From: Narcine bancroftii
Lineage: Eukaryota
Direction: 5' to 3'
Length of the DNA: 64,000 nt
Assembly (NCBI RefSeq): GCF_036971445.1
Contig: NC_091470.1
Span: 228,036,001 to 228,100,000, forward strand
Of this stretch, positions 11,051 to 24,380 are shown piece after piece. The position numbers were made by a program, and so were the translations under genes. How positions within the stretch are numbered: the first letter of the stretch is position 1; every line of letters starts with the position of its first letter. A model generated the notes under the pieces. That model ran no database searches. It was not told the DNA's origin and was given only the letters and a program-made list of their open reading frames with translations.

Positions 11051-13170
11051 TGCAACCACTCCAGTTTTGCAAATACTGTGGTGAAAAAAAATCACAATTT
11101 CTTCTGCAGATGGGGAGGTGGTAACTGAGTGGCCTGAAAGCTTGTGATATGGTGTCACTTCTGCCACTCATTTGTCATCAATGCACGGACCCTAGGTTCT
11201 CGATAACTAAACTAAATGCTTCTTCATTCTGAGAAGTGAAGGGCATACAATTCCCGGGAGTCAAATAGGCTTTGATACATCCATGAATCTTTTAATTTGT
11301 TTATCTGGCAATCTTTCTTACCTCTATTATACAATGAGATCAGCTTTGGGAGCCTGATATCTCACCATAATGTTGTGTCTTACCTAGGGAGCTAATCTTG
11401 AGAACGAATGGAAATATACATAATTACACTCCAGAACCATCGTTGCGTGAACCTTGGTAGTCAGGTGCATTTCCTCTCAAAGCTACACCACGCTGCCTTC
11501 CGTCAGAAATTCACAGCACGACTTAGACATGGGAAACTGCAGATGCTGAAATTGGAAACAAAAAAGTGTAGGAAGAACTCAGTGGGTCAGGCAACATCTC
11601 TGGAGGGAAATTGGCAAATTACATTTCAGGTTGAAAGAGAGCCAATATAAAAAGGTAAGGGGAAGGAGTAGACAACAGCAGGTAAGCAATTGGTAGATCT
11701 AAGTGAGGAGGGGGGTTGCCTGGCAGATGGTCAGGTGGGGGAATCACAAAGGAAGAAAATAATTCTGTGGGGCAAAAAATGTCTTAAATGAATGATCTAC
11801 CAACACTTGTGGATTGTAGGGAGACAGTAGAAATGAACTGCACATGATTGGAGAGTTGATAGTGGATTTCTACAGACATCAATAATTTTTCAAAAATATG
11901 ACAAAATGGAATAAAAGCAGAAAATGATGGAAGAAATTAATCAAGCATTATCAGTGTAGAGAGAAACTAGTTGATGTTTTTCAGAAATATTGACAGAGCA
12001 ACAAAAACTAATAAGCATTCCAAGTAGCACTTTGTATCACAAGCTCAAGTAATACATGAAGGAAGCAATGATACAACTGGAACAAGGAATGGAGGTTTTT
12101 GTTCGAGTCGAAGAGTCAGATAGGTACAGGACCTCAGAAAGGGAATAATTTCAGAAACACCAAGATCCACTCTTATATCCAATCATTCTGACTGACTGGG
12201 AGCCCAAACAAATACTTAATTTTCCATTGTTAACATCCACAGAAAGTAAAGTTTAAGATTAGGAACAAAGTTTACAACTCCAATTTAAAAAGACAACTTT
12301 AAAATAAGCAAAAAATCAAATAAGCCACATATGCTCAAAATCTGGAATAAAAGGGCTTCAAACACTGAGCAGTTCAGACACATCTAGAAAGAAAAGCACT
12401 TGATGTTTCAGACCTGGGAAAGTTGGTTTTTGTAACGAAAGTGAAGGTGATAGCATCTTCCAGGGAACCATTTGGAAAATTGGATTTCAGCCAGAAGTTA
12501 TTCTTTCATCCCACAGGAAACAATCTTTCTCATGCAACAACCTGGTCTCTGCAGGTTTAGTTATATATCATTGATATGAGGAATTAATTTTGTGTATAAT
12601 GTATTTGAGTCTACTGCTTTTTCTGGATGAGATTTCTACCTTGCTTTACCAATTATTATTACGCAAGTCTTGGTCAGGTTTTACAGTTGTTGACTGAAAT
12701 GCACTACTACACAAAAGTAATGCCCTGTGATTGTTTCTAAAAAAAATCTATTAATTTCAGCCTTGAGTACACAATTTGAATGACATCTCAATGAATAAAT
12801 TAACTTTAAAAGATTCATAACTTTGAGTTTAAAAAATCTGCACCAATCCAATTTATTGAAAATATTAATTTTAAGGAGGTTGTCTTGGATACAAAACTTC
12901 AGATCAACCATGGAAGAATAACAAGCATATGAATATCAATTGTGAATGACTATATTTTGTACATTTTTGTCTCTAGAACAAATAGCATTGTTAGATTGCC
13001 ATCTCAAATGAAGGATTCAGAGGACAGCAAAGTATCATGATGTAGGAAATGGCTAAAGTGAGAAGACAGTTTTACCTAGCTCAGAATTTATTGGGGACTA
13101 AGAGCACGTGTCTTTTATTGGTTTACTTTCCTTGAGCAATGCATGGGAAGTTTGTGCAAATGGTCTACAG

Positions 13171-14272
13171 CACACATGTCAAACTCTGGCCCGCGGGCTT
13201 ATATTTGGACCGCAAGATCAGATTAAATATATATTAGAGTTGGCCCGCTGGCCGCCACGGCAGTATATCGCATGCACACTGAAGGTGAAAATGAAGACGC
13301 CGGAGGTGTGGAGGGATCTCAGAGTCTCAAATCCCGGGGATCAGAGCGCCGCACTCAGCCCGCCCGGCTCCTGGACACACAGATACGGCTGGAGTTGGGG
13401 ACCATCCTCGCTGGGTCTGCGCTTCAGCGGCGACGCCGGACCGAACATCTTGTTGGTGATGCCTTCCCCCTCGCTCCGTTCGCGGCGGACCCTGCCTCCC
13501 GCTCCTTTTGTTGGAGATGAGCCCGGCGCTGTGAGATCGCAGTTTAATCCCTCTCCAACCATGGGAGGGGGGTGGGAGCAACGCGCTCTTCTCAGCCAAT
13601 TCCTCCACCGCCCCGGACGCCGGCGTTTCAATGGGGGGTTCGGATGCCTTCGTCAGGCGACCGACCTGTTGGTCCAAGACAAGGGGAGAGCGTACAAACT
13701 CCACACAGACAGCACCTGAACTCGGGTGAACGTGGAGTTGCGACCCCACATTCCACATCAGGACTGTGTGTAAGATTGGGAGCAGTGAGACGGAAGCTTA
13801 TTTTGTTCCTGTGATTTAAGCCTTTCTTGGGGTGGGGGGGTCCTTCTCTGACCACTTGCCTAACAATTAACCTAATCAGATGTGGAGTTACCACAATACA
13901 ACAGTTCTCAACCTTTTTCTTTCCACTCGCGTCCCTGTGCCATTGGTGCTCTGTGATTAGTAAGGGATTGCTTAAGGTGGTCTGTGGGTGGAAAGAAAAT
14001 GTTTGAAGACCACTGCTTTAATCATCCCTCATTGACTCGTCATGTGCACGGTTTCAGAACGCTAAAGGAAATGGGCCAATGACAATGACAATGAGAGTTT
14101 ATCCAAAACTATTATTAAACATTTATTTTAATAAGAAAAAGTTTAACATTACATATGTTGAAAGAAAACATGCAGATGTTGTTGAAAATTTTCAATAAAT
14201 ATTTAGTTCGGCCCTCGACTTAGTCTAAGTTTTTAATTTTGGCCCTCTGTGAATTTGAGTTTGACACCCCTG
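13171..14272. mobile_element. Non-autonomous hAT DNA transposon
   Basis: Perfect 8-bp TSD GTCTACAG (13163-13170 and 14273-14280). Imperfect TIRs CACACATGTCAAACTC / GAGTTTGACACCCCTG. GC-rich interior with no transposase. Confidence 0.88.
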
Positions 14273-14329
14273 GTCTACAGTGTAGAGGTCTAAACAATCT
14301 AATACCTATGCAAAAACAGAGACCCAGGT

Positions 14330-14905
14330 GAACAAGGAAAGCAATGGATTTTATCCATACCTGGGTAATTTTTTCTTCTTCCAGTCCCCCTCCAATGACA
14401 CCTTCTTCCTCCTCTGTCAATGCAGATGGCATTTCAGCCCAACTGCAGGTTCGGATCCTCCCTCCCGTCAGCCCAGCCTGAGAGAAATTGGGTCCCTCTG
14501 AAGCCCGGTCCGCACTCGATATAACACGCATACGTGAAGTTTCATGCATGCAGGTCGAGTGCTGGCACCATCTTACACAACACTGCATGAAGTCGGTGCT
14601 GGAGTCGAATGGATGTTACCCAGGGACTGTTGTTGCGGTCTTGGGGTGAAGAGGAATAGACTCCAGAGGCTCCACTTCGAAGTTAAGCCCAAGTTCTTCT
14701 GTACTTGATAGCCGTTTAGAAGTCATTTTAAAAAAAACTGCTTGTGCTTTTATTTTCCTCATAATTTCTTCCAGGATATATCAGAAATATATTTGATATT
14801 TTCTGAAAAAAAAATTAAAGAACTTTAAAAGAAGGTTTTTAATGGTTCTGCCAGGGGGAGATGATTCTCCACATCTTCTCCCTACACCATCATGCCACAC
14901 CCCCT
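14330..14905 (-). mobile_element. Possible L1-like 5' UTR and start of ORF1 (fragment)
   Basis: The minus strand begins gggggtgtggcatgatgg..., followed by an A-rich leader and atgacttctaaacgg. The layout resembles the L1 5' end at 58540. Confidence 0.4.
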
Positions 14906-17900
14906 CAAGATTTTGGGCAGATCCATCATCATTCGATGCGTCATGACATCACCAGTAGAAGATAGAAGAGTCCTAACTCTGAGGATGGCTCCTTGCAAGT
15001 GTAAAAGTGTTCAGTATCCCAGTTAGGAGTGGTCAAATGTGAAAAGTCAAACCCCCATTCCTATCCCAGGACACTGACAGCCAATTTAGTGGGATGCAAG
15101 TTTGAAAGGGGCTTTTGTTCATTCAAGTTAAATGTAATGACTAATTAAATGTCAGTAACTAATGCAGATGGCTCATTACTGTGAGCAAGTTCTGTTACAA
15201 GGGTAGAAGTAGAAGACAGAAAGCCCACTACTGATTCCCTAAAAAGTAGTTCATGGAGGCAAAAGGAATTTTGATATCAATTTCCAAGACAGAATTTTCT
15301 CATAACCAAGGAAATGGCAATTTTGAGATAATGTTATAAACATGAAAATGGAGCTATTAATAACCCAGTAACTAATATTAGACCCTTTCGAGCAAGGAAA
15401 ATGCCCATCTATAAAGGCAGAGGTTCTTCACTTTTATGTCTAAAGACTTACCTCTCTGAATGCAGTGTGGCCGGCTCTGAGGCACCGATTCCAAACTTCT
15501 TAGGGAAGAATAATTGGTGGAGCCCTGTACTCCGCCACCTGACCTGAATGTGCAGCCACTGCAAGAGGCTGGTTAGGGGCAGGCTGATGACGCTGTCAGC
15601 CCGCGACCTATCTCCCCATTCACCCCTCTCCCTCCATGACCCCCTGAAGGCAGGGGTGGCGGGTGGGAGCTGTCAGGCAGCGGGGGCTAGCGGGAGCCGT
15701 TGGGGCAGTGAGAGCCATCAGGGGATGCCCGGTGTAGGCTGCAACACCCTCACCGGGCCACTTCAGCCTTCGGGGTCACTCTCTGTGGCTCAAAACGTGG
15801 CAGAACAATGGCCGACTTCCCTACCATAAACCCCCATGCAGCTGGAACTGTTCTGGAAAACTCAGAGCAGTTCAAGCTGCATGGGGGATTATGGGTAGAG
15901 AAGACAGCCATTGCTCTGCCACATATTTATGACAGTTGGCACTATGGCACCAGTCACCCCGTCTCCATCAGCTCCAGAGGGCGCTACGAGATGTCGCTCA
16001 ATATGAATGCGATGCTGGAGCAGCCTTTTAGGGCTGCTGTCTGTAAGGTAAGTTCTGTTTTCGATCAGCTCTTGTAGCCAGCCTCCAAGCAGAGGCCTGA
16101 CATGAAATGGCCGATTGAAGCTGAAATAATCAAATAGTGAGACATTAATGACTACAAAGTAGCCTCTTTCAGACAACAAAATAACATCAGCTCCAGTCAA
16201 GGTCAAGAGCTAAAATGAGAATTATCCACTGGAATGCAAAAGTATAAATCCTTTTAATTTTTGCATGGGAATTTAACATGATTCTCCAATTTCACTTTTT
16301 AATTTACTTAAAATAGGTGATACATTAATCAACATTGTTACAAATGGGGTCAATCTATTAGATCAAAATCACAAAAATTAGTTTCTGTAAGAGCAATTAC
16401 TTTATGAGTAAATCTTACTTTTGCTGTGTATCAAAATTCTCCAATCTGTATTGCAGCAAACGCATTAGACTTGTTACCCTTAAATGAGTGTTGGGAAAAT
16501 GTGCTTTGCACTTCAGTTCATAATTATGCAGTGACCCATTGCAAAAGAGCAAATGTGGGAATAGATATGAATTGTCTGCAATTTCTTCTGGAGAGAGGCA
16601 CTTTTGTTTGTATATGCATTCTATTTCTTATAATTTTCCAACCATTTATGATACATGGGCAGAAAATTGCTTGAAAAACACTGGAAACTTAACCTCATTA
16701 AACAATTCACACATAAACAAAGGATCTTTGAGCAAAAGCCTGAAATAAGAAACATCTTTGGAAATGTATCCCAGAAGCATTATCTTAAAAAGTGGGGAAA
16801 AGATCACAGCCAAAGACATGCTGAATGTAAATGTTACAGAAATTAAGCTAAACTGTTAATGGAACAAATTACTTTTGTAACTCACTGCTTCCTGATTCAG
16901 GTTTTCTACATAACAAAACCTATGCGCAAATACAGAGAATGGAAGAAATTTAGGCACACGTTGCACTAATCACTTAATCAGCCCAAGGTTGTCTAGATCA
17001 TCCTATACAAAGGAATGGACTGCTTCATTTTCTCACTGTCACAAATGGAAATGAACATAACATAAAAATTCACTTCTGACCTTGAAGAAAGCAGGCTGAA
17101 GAATAAATGGCAGATGTTTGGACTGACAATGCTGTTGAGTTCGAGCAATGATGCTCCAGGAGAAAAATGAATGACCTTTAGTCACAGTCACCATTTCTTT
17201 TGGGCAAGATAAATTCCAACTAATGGCATGTTTTCCCATTGATAGCCATTAGTTTCTATTTAACCAGAACTCCTTGTAATCATGGGTAGAAATGATCAGT
17301 CAACATTTTGGGTTTAAACTCATCAAAACCAAGATTAAACAGGTGAAATTACACATATAAAGGGGGGAGGGGTGAGAGAAGCTGAGGGAGAGTCTCAAAG
17401 GTAATAGCTAGAGGAGAGAAGTGTGGAGAGACAAGTAGAAGGAAAAACCATTTGGGGGGGAGAAGAATTGTTAGAGAAAAATCTAAGTGGGAGATGAAGT
17501 GAGGGCAGAAGTACGAGAAATCCATTCTCCTCCACCTCTATCTTCCCACTGGATTCTTCTACTCCTTCCCCAACCCTTGGTTCCAGCTAATCTCGTTGCA
17601 CTATCATTGTCACTTTCTCCTCTTACCAGATTCCAATCACCCACTCCACCTTCTACAACTCATCATCTTCCACCTGAACCTTTTAATTTTCTTGCCTCTC
17701 TCTCCCCCTTGTCTGACATCTGCCAATCTATTGCTTCTATCCATCAATGGATTACCAATTCCACGTAGGACCCTGTCCCATCCACTCTGTCCTCTTTACA
17801 CTGGCTTCTTTTCTCCACATCCCCATTCTTGAAGAAGAGTTTCCCCACTGCTGCTACTTGACTAGCTGAGTTCATTCGGCAGATAGTGTTCAGCTTCTGA

Positions 17901-18899
17901 TCCACTCATTGCAGGATAGTTTTGGTCTATTGCATACCATTTCCCCACGTTTTGCTGTGTTTTTCCACCTCTTTGTTTTGCTGCTATTCTGCATTGTGTT
18001 AAGCTAAGGATTAAACCCAGTTTTGATTGTTACAGTTGGTGCTGATAGTCCACGTTCTGAAATTTCAATGCTCCCAGTAACATCAAAACTTGTTATGCAG
18101 TGGGAATGTGCCAACAACTGACATTCTCTTATTAATGTAACTGTCATGTGACTTCAGCCCAATCGTAGTCTTCATTTCAATATCAGAACTAATGGAAAAC
18201 TTCAGTCATGCCCATCTGCACCCATTTTGTGAAACACCTGCAACATTTATGGCCATAAAGAATGCAGAATGGCAAAAAAGGAAGATGAATGACATGACCC
18301 TGAATATTGCCACATCACCATCAATCATCTTAATTTCTGGAGATGTCAACACCTTCACACAGTAGGCTTCACAATCACCAGCAATCCTTAGATGCAGAAA
18401 TCAACATATACATCGTATAAGGAATTGCAGTCATCCTTTCCAAGTTGATCAAGTGACATCTGCAGCAACACGTAGAGCACCAGATGCCACCGTCCTCCAC
18501 TGAGGCCCAGATTGCTTATACATGAGAAGACCTAAAGTAGAGTTACACAAGAAAATCTGCAGATGCTGGGGTCCTGTCCAATATATAAAAATGCTGGAGA
18601 AACTCAGCATCCATTGGAAGTAAAAGGCAATGTTTCAGTCCTGAGCCTTTCATTAATTCATGCTAGTTAGTTGAGGGGACAGCCATCTTTAGAGACAGTC
18701 TCACTGGATCAAAATTGACTGGGTACAGTACTTTATACATCATAGCCACATGAATTAAACATTTTCAGGTGTGTAGAACACAGCCACTAGCTAGCACATT
18801 CATAAAAGGTGACAATTTAGTTTTATCTAATTGAGAACTGTAAATTACCATCTGAAGTACTTCCAATTTTTCTCTTGATTTAATTTCATATTAATTATG

Positions 18900-19200
18900 A
18901 ACTAGATCTTACATGTGAACCACATGTAGATTCATACATCTTGAGGAGATGTTTATGGGAATTCTCAGAGGCATGGTGGATGCTTGGATTGTATTGCCAG
19001 GGGCAGAGGGGAGACCAGCACAACAGCGACATTCAAAAGACTTTTAGATAGGCACACGAAGCAAGAAAAAAATATAGGGTTATGGGTGTAAGGTGGTGGA
19101 GGATGAGATTGTTGTGGAGAAGGTTTACATAGGTAGGCACAACATCATGGGCCGAAGGGCCTGCGCTGCACTGTAATTATCAAGGTTCAATGTTATTTTA
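18900..19200 (+). mobile_element. Degenerate CR1 3' end
   Basis: Decayed tggattgtattgccagg...ttcaaaagacttttagataggcac...atgggccgaagggcctg, matching other CR1 3' ends in the window. Confidence 0.7.
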
Positions 19201-20038
19201 CTGTCACATAATAATACTTTAAAAATGTAACATATATGATATACTTTTGTCTGCTGTAAGGCAAAAACTCACCGTGAGCACGATGGCCTTAACAATAAGA
19301 GAAAAGGAAGCAAAAGGGAGTCCCTTCAGAGATATTGAGTTTTGTGGATTTGCCTCCAGTGCTCCCGCAGCTTCTGCAGGCTGAGGAGGCGGAGCGGGAC
19401 TCAGAAATGCCCCCGAGGGCTCTGGAGCAAAAAAAGAGAGAGAGAGAGAGAGCTTCTGCAGGCTGCACAGACTTTGATCCATCAGAAACCCGAGCTTCAG
19501 ATCCAAAGCTCCGGCATGATCAGGAGCTTTCAGTGCTCGAGGTCCTTCAGGAGTCCTTCCCTTTAGATTAACTAATATTTAAAATATCTGCTACACTTGC
19601 TTCAGTTAATGGGTGAAAAACATTTCATATACGTGAACCACTTTATCAAACCTGCTACCTTTATGATTTGTGGAAATAGACCTCAAGATCCTTCATTCCT
19701 CCACACTTTTTGTTACTCACTATTTTGTGCATGTAGAGCTCGTCGAAAGAATCAAAGACCTGTTGATCCAAACCAAGGCTTTTATTAGCAAAAGACAGGA
19801 GTTCTTCACAGGTGGCCGACCAGTCCGGAATGATCCGACCTGGCTAGGGACACAACCCTTTAAGGCCCAGACAGTAGGCGTGGCTAAGCTCTCAGCCAAT
19901 CGCTGTAAGCACAGTCTAGATATTTTAACTATATACACTATATACATTGGTGATAGATCTGTACTATCACATTCACCCCTTCTTGGAGAATTGACCCTGG
20001 AAAAAAAAACGAGGGAGAGAATGAAAGGAAGGGATAGG

Positions 20039-22900
20039 TTAAGGACTGTAGTGGTCAGGAGGTCTGACCATCCGGCGTGACCACCGTGGTGCCGGGATTG
20101 GGGTCGCTGGAGTGGTGTCGCCAGCGGGCTCGTCGGGTGCGACCGCTCCTTCGCTCAATTCCCCAGTCGTGTTGTCGGCAGGGTGGCCCAGGTCGTTGGG
20201 GTGCCTTTGGTCCTTCTGTTGCGGCACGGGCCCTGGGGAATAAAGAGTTGAGGAAGGTTGGGTTGGGGGGTTTGCTGGGTCTACCACGTCCTGTGCTAGG
20301 TCCCGCACCAAAACAGTGTCCTCCTGCCCGTCTGAGAACTCAACGTAGGGGTAATGCGGGTTCGCGTGGAGTAGAGTCACTCGGTCGACCAAGGGGTCGT
20401 TCTTTGAGTGCTGGACGTGGCGTCGCAAAAGGACGGGGCCAGGGACGGTGAGCCATGCCGGTACAGTGGTTCCTGATTCAGATTTCCTCGGGAAAAGGAA
20501 CATCTTTTTGTGGGGGGTGGCATTTGTTGCAGTACATAGGAGGGAGTGGATGGAGTGTAAGGCACTAGTGAGAACCTCCTGCCAGTGAGAGGTGGGGAGA
20601 CCTTTAGACTGGAGAGCCAGTGTAACCGCTCTCCAAATGGTGGCATTCTCCCTCTCGACCTGGCCGTGACCGCGTGGGTTATAGCTGGTGGTCCTGCTTG
20701 AAGCGATACCACACTCCAGAAGGTACTGTTGTAGCTCTGCGCTCATGAATGAGGACCCCCTATCACTGTGGATGGAATTGGGGTACCCAAAAATGGCGAA
20801 AATACTGTGAAGGGCCTGTATCACTGAGGTGGCAGTGGTGTCTGGGCAGGGCACAGCGAACGGGAAGCGGGAGTACTCGTTGATGGCCGTAAGGATGTAG
20901 TTATTAAGGTTAGTCGACGGTAGGGGCCCCTTAAAGTCTATGCTAAGACACTCGAAGGGGCGGGTGGCTTTGATAACATGGGAGTTATCTGGACGGAAGA
21001 AGTGGGGCTTGCATTCAGCGCACACCGAACAGGCTCGGGTCATGGAGCGGATCTCCTCGACTGTGTAGGGTAGGTTGCGCGCCTTCACAAAGTGGGAAAA
21101 CCTAGCGACCCTGGATGACAGAGCGCCTCATGGAGTTTCCGTAGTCTGTCCATCTGTATGCTGGCGCACGTCCCCCTGGAGAGCGTGTCAGGCGGGTCGT
21201 TGAGCTTACCAGGCCAGTACAGGATGTCATAGTTAAAGGTGGAGAGTTCGATTCTCCATCTGGCGATTTTGTCGTTTTTTATCTTACCACGCTGGGTGTT
21301 GCTGAACATGAAGGAGCCCGTGCGTTGATCAGTCAACAGTGTAAAGCGCCTCCCAGCGAGGTAATGTCTCCAACAACGCACCGCTTCAACTATGGCCTGG
21401 GCCTCCTTCTCGATTGAGGAGTGTCTACTCTCTGGACCCTGGAGGGTTCTGGAGAAGAAGGCTATAGGCCGACCGGCCTGGTTCAAAGTGGCTGCCAGGG
21501 CGAAGTCGGATGCATCGCCCTCGACTTGAAACGGGACAGACTCATCGATCGCGTGCAGCGTCGATGTCGGATTTGATTCGATTGAAAGCCGCTCTGGCTT
21601 TGATCGAGAGGGGAAAGGAGGTGGTCTTGATAAAAGGACGCGCCTTGTCGGCATAGTGTGGAACCCAGTGGACGTAATATGAGAAAAGTCCCAGGCAGCG
21701 TTTGAGCGCTATCTGGGTATGGGGGGGGAGGGGTAAGTCCATTAGGGGACGCATGCGGTCAGGATCTGGCATGACTATCCCGTTCTCCACCACGCAACCT
21801 AGAATCGCGAGTCGTGTGGTCCGGAAGACACACTTGTCCAAATTGTAAGTCAGGTTCAGCCGACGGGCAGTTTGAAGAAATTTGTCTAGGATGGCGTCGT
21901 GGTCCTGCGTGTCGTGGCCGCAGATGGTGATATTGTCCAGATACGGGAAGGTAGCGGTTAGCACGTTCTGGTCCACCATCCGGTCCATTTCCCGCTGGAA
22001 GACTGCGACACCATTTGTGACCCCGAATGGTACCCTGAGAAATTGATACAGCCGCCCATTCGCTTCAAAGGCCGTGAATGGTCGGTCCTCGCAGCGGATC
22101 GGGAGCTGGTGATAGGCCAAACGTAGGTCAATGGTGGAATATGCTGTATTGAGCGATCTGGTTCACCACATCCATGATGCGTGGCAGGGGGTACGCATCC
22201 AGGAGCGTGAAGCGGTTAATGGTTTGGCTATAGTCAACCATCATCCGTAGCTTTTCCCCGTTCTTGACAACCACCACCTGGGCTCTCCAGGGACTAAAAC
22301 TGGGTTCGATGATGCCCTCATCCAGCAATCTACGCACCTCACTCCTAATGAATTGCCTGTTTTCGTAACTATATTGCCGACTTTTGGTGGTCACAGGCTT
22401 CCAGCCAGGGGTGATGTTTGCGAAGAGTGCTGGCGGGGCAATCCGGAGTGTGGAAAGGCCGCAGGATTGGCCCCAGGGCACGGGGGCAGGTTGCTCGGGT
22501 GCTTCGAGGGTGGGGCGATGGCAGACCGAGAGGGGGGGTGTGGGGTCCCCCAAAGTGTAGGGACACCGTTCGGAACTGACACTGAAAGTCTAATCCCAGC
22601 AACACTGGGGCGCACAATTGGGGAAGGACGAATAATTTGAAGTGGGTGACCGTTATGCCCTGTACTTCCAGCGTGGCGATGCAATACCCCTTTATCCCAG
22701 TCGAGTGCGACCTCGTCGCTAATGAGATCCTCTGGGTAGTGGAGATAATGTCAAGTCCCCAACTGAGGGCCAGATCTGGCCGGATAAAACTGTCAGTTGA
22801 CCCAGAGTCAAATAAGCAATTGGTGTAGTGTCCATGCACTTTAATCAGTTCCATTGCTTTAGTGAGGGGATGAGAGCATTGCTGGTTTAGTGTTATAGAA
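20039..22900 (-). pseudogene. pol: Gypsy pol: protease, RT, RNase H and integrase (frameshifted)
   Basis: CLFDSGSTDSFI; SPWRAQVVVV...MVDYSQTINRFT; VPFGVTNG...YLDNITI; DASDFALAATL...EKEAQAIV; SIDFKGP...HSDRGSSF...GQVEREN. Confidence 0.92.
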
Positions 22901-23280
22901 GCAGCCACTGATCCAGTTGACAGGGGAGTTCTGCGTGATGACGTCACGCAACGGGATGACGTCATAGACGCAGTCAGCGCTGGAGGAGCAGGTTGGAGGA
23001 CCTCCCGGAAGTGCTGTTGTGGCGGCGTCAGCAGATGAAAGGTAAGTAGTGGGGTTTGTAGTTGCTCGCGGTTGGCGGTGAGTAGGTAGTTGGTTGCAGT
23101 GGTCGTGCCCCGGTTGTCATCAGCGATGGACGCTAGGGTGAGTACCTGGTTCGCTGCAGTGGGTCCCCAGTCAGTCGTGGTGGCCACACCGGTGGCGGCA
23201 GCAGAGGAGCGGGCAGCAGCAGCGGTAGCGTTGGCCGCGGCGGGTCCCCAGTCAGTCGTGGTGGCCGCATCGGCGGTGGC

Positions 23281-24380
23281 TTAGGCAGCGGCAGACGGGG
23301 AGCGGGCAGCAGCAGCGTCGGCCCCGGGGGTGGCTGTGGCGGCGGCAGCAGCAGCGGGAGCGTCGGCCCTGGGGGTGGTCATGGCAGTAATGGACTCTAC
23401 AGTCGGGACCAAGGCCGGGTCGAGTGTTCCACATGGGGGCGAGAGGCGGGCCAATATCATGGTTGCTAGGGTGGGCTGCCCCTTCCGGGTTCGGTGTCTC
23501 TGTGACGTCAGGCGTTGCCGTGCAGGGGAGCCCTCGCTCTCATTAGACGAGAGCTCTGGGGAAGAAGAGTTTGAATTGGATAATGGCGGTTGGGCTTCAC
23601 ACGAGGCACTGTGTTTGCCGGCGGCCATTTTAGACCTACAGACTGCAGCAAAGTGGCCGTTCTTAAGGCATTTCTGGCACCTGGCTTTTCTTGCTGGGCA
23701 CTGGGACCTGCTGTGCTTGTCCCTCCCGCAGAAATAACATTTTGGGTTCGCAGGGAGCAGCGTAGCAGCAGCCGACAGGCCGTAGGTATCTCGGGGGGTG
23801 GTAGGGTAGAAGGGCATTCTACTCACATCAGAACGAGGGGTCCAGTCCCTAGAGAACTCATTGGACTTTAAGGCTGCATCCTCCATTGTGATCGCAATCT
23901 GGGCTACATCCTCTAGTTTTTCTACCCCTTGCTCAAGCAAGCGCAGCCTCACTTCGTTCGATTGGAGCCCGGCCACATAGGCATCTCGGACAAAGTCGCT
24001 AGTGATCTCGGCAGCAGTTTTGTCCACAGTTACAGTCCTTGCCCAATGCCTTTAATACTTGTAAATATGCCCTGCTGGACTCGCCGGGCTGTTGCTTCCT
24101 CGATGCAAGCACAAGCCGGGCATGAACTCTGTTCACCGGTTGATCATACAGTTCTTTCAGTATCTTTATGGCTACGGTGTAAGTGGTCTCATCCTGGATA
24201 TTCTCGTAGACTCTCAAGGACACCATAGACAGCAATGCTGTTAGACGCTAGTTATCCTCCTCTTCCTGAATGAATCTCAGGAAGTTTTCAAAGTTCAGCA
24301 GCCAGAACTTAAAGGCTTTGAAGGCTGTAGCTGACTGTGGGTCAATATCAAGTTTTTCTGGCCGAGTCAAACGCTCCATC
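23281..24380 (-). pseudogene. gag: Gypsy gag with zinc knuckles
   Basis: MERLTRPEKLDIDP..., ARLVLASRKQQPGES and CYFCGRDKHSRSQC-PARKARCQKCLKNGHFAAVC. Confidence 0.88.

Noticed and set aside
13108-13894. Several 80-200 aa ORFs inside the hAT element
   Set aside because: No transposase motifs; the open frames are explained by high GC content.
15875-16053. Plus-strand exon-like segment ending AAG|gtaagt
   Set aside because: The donor is strong, but there is no convincing acceptor and no recognisable peptide.
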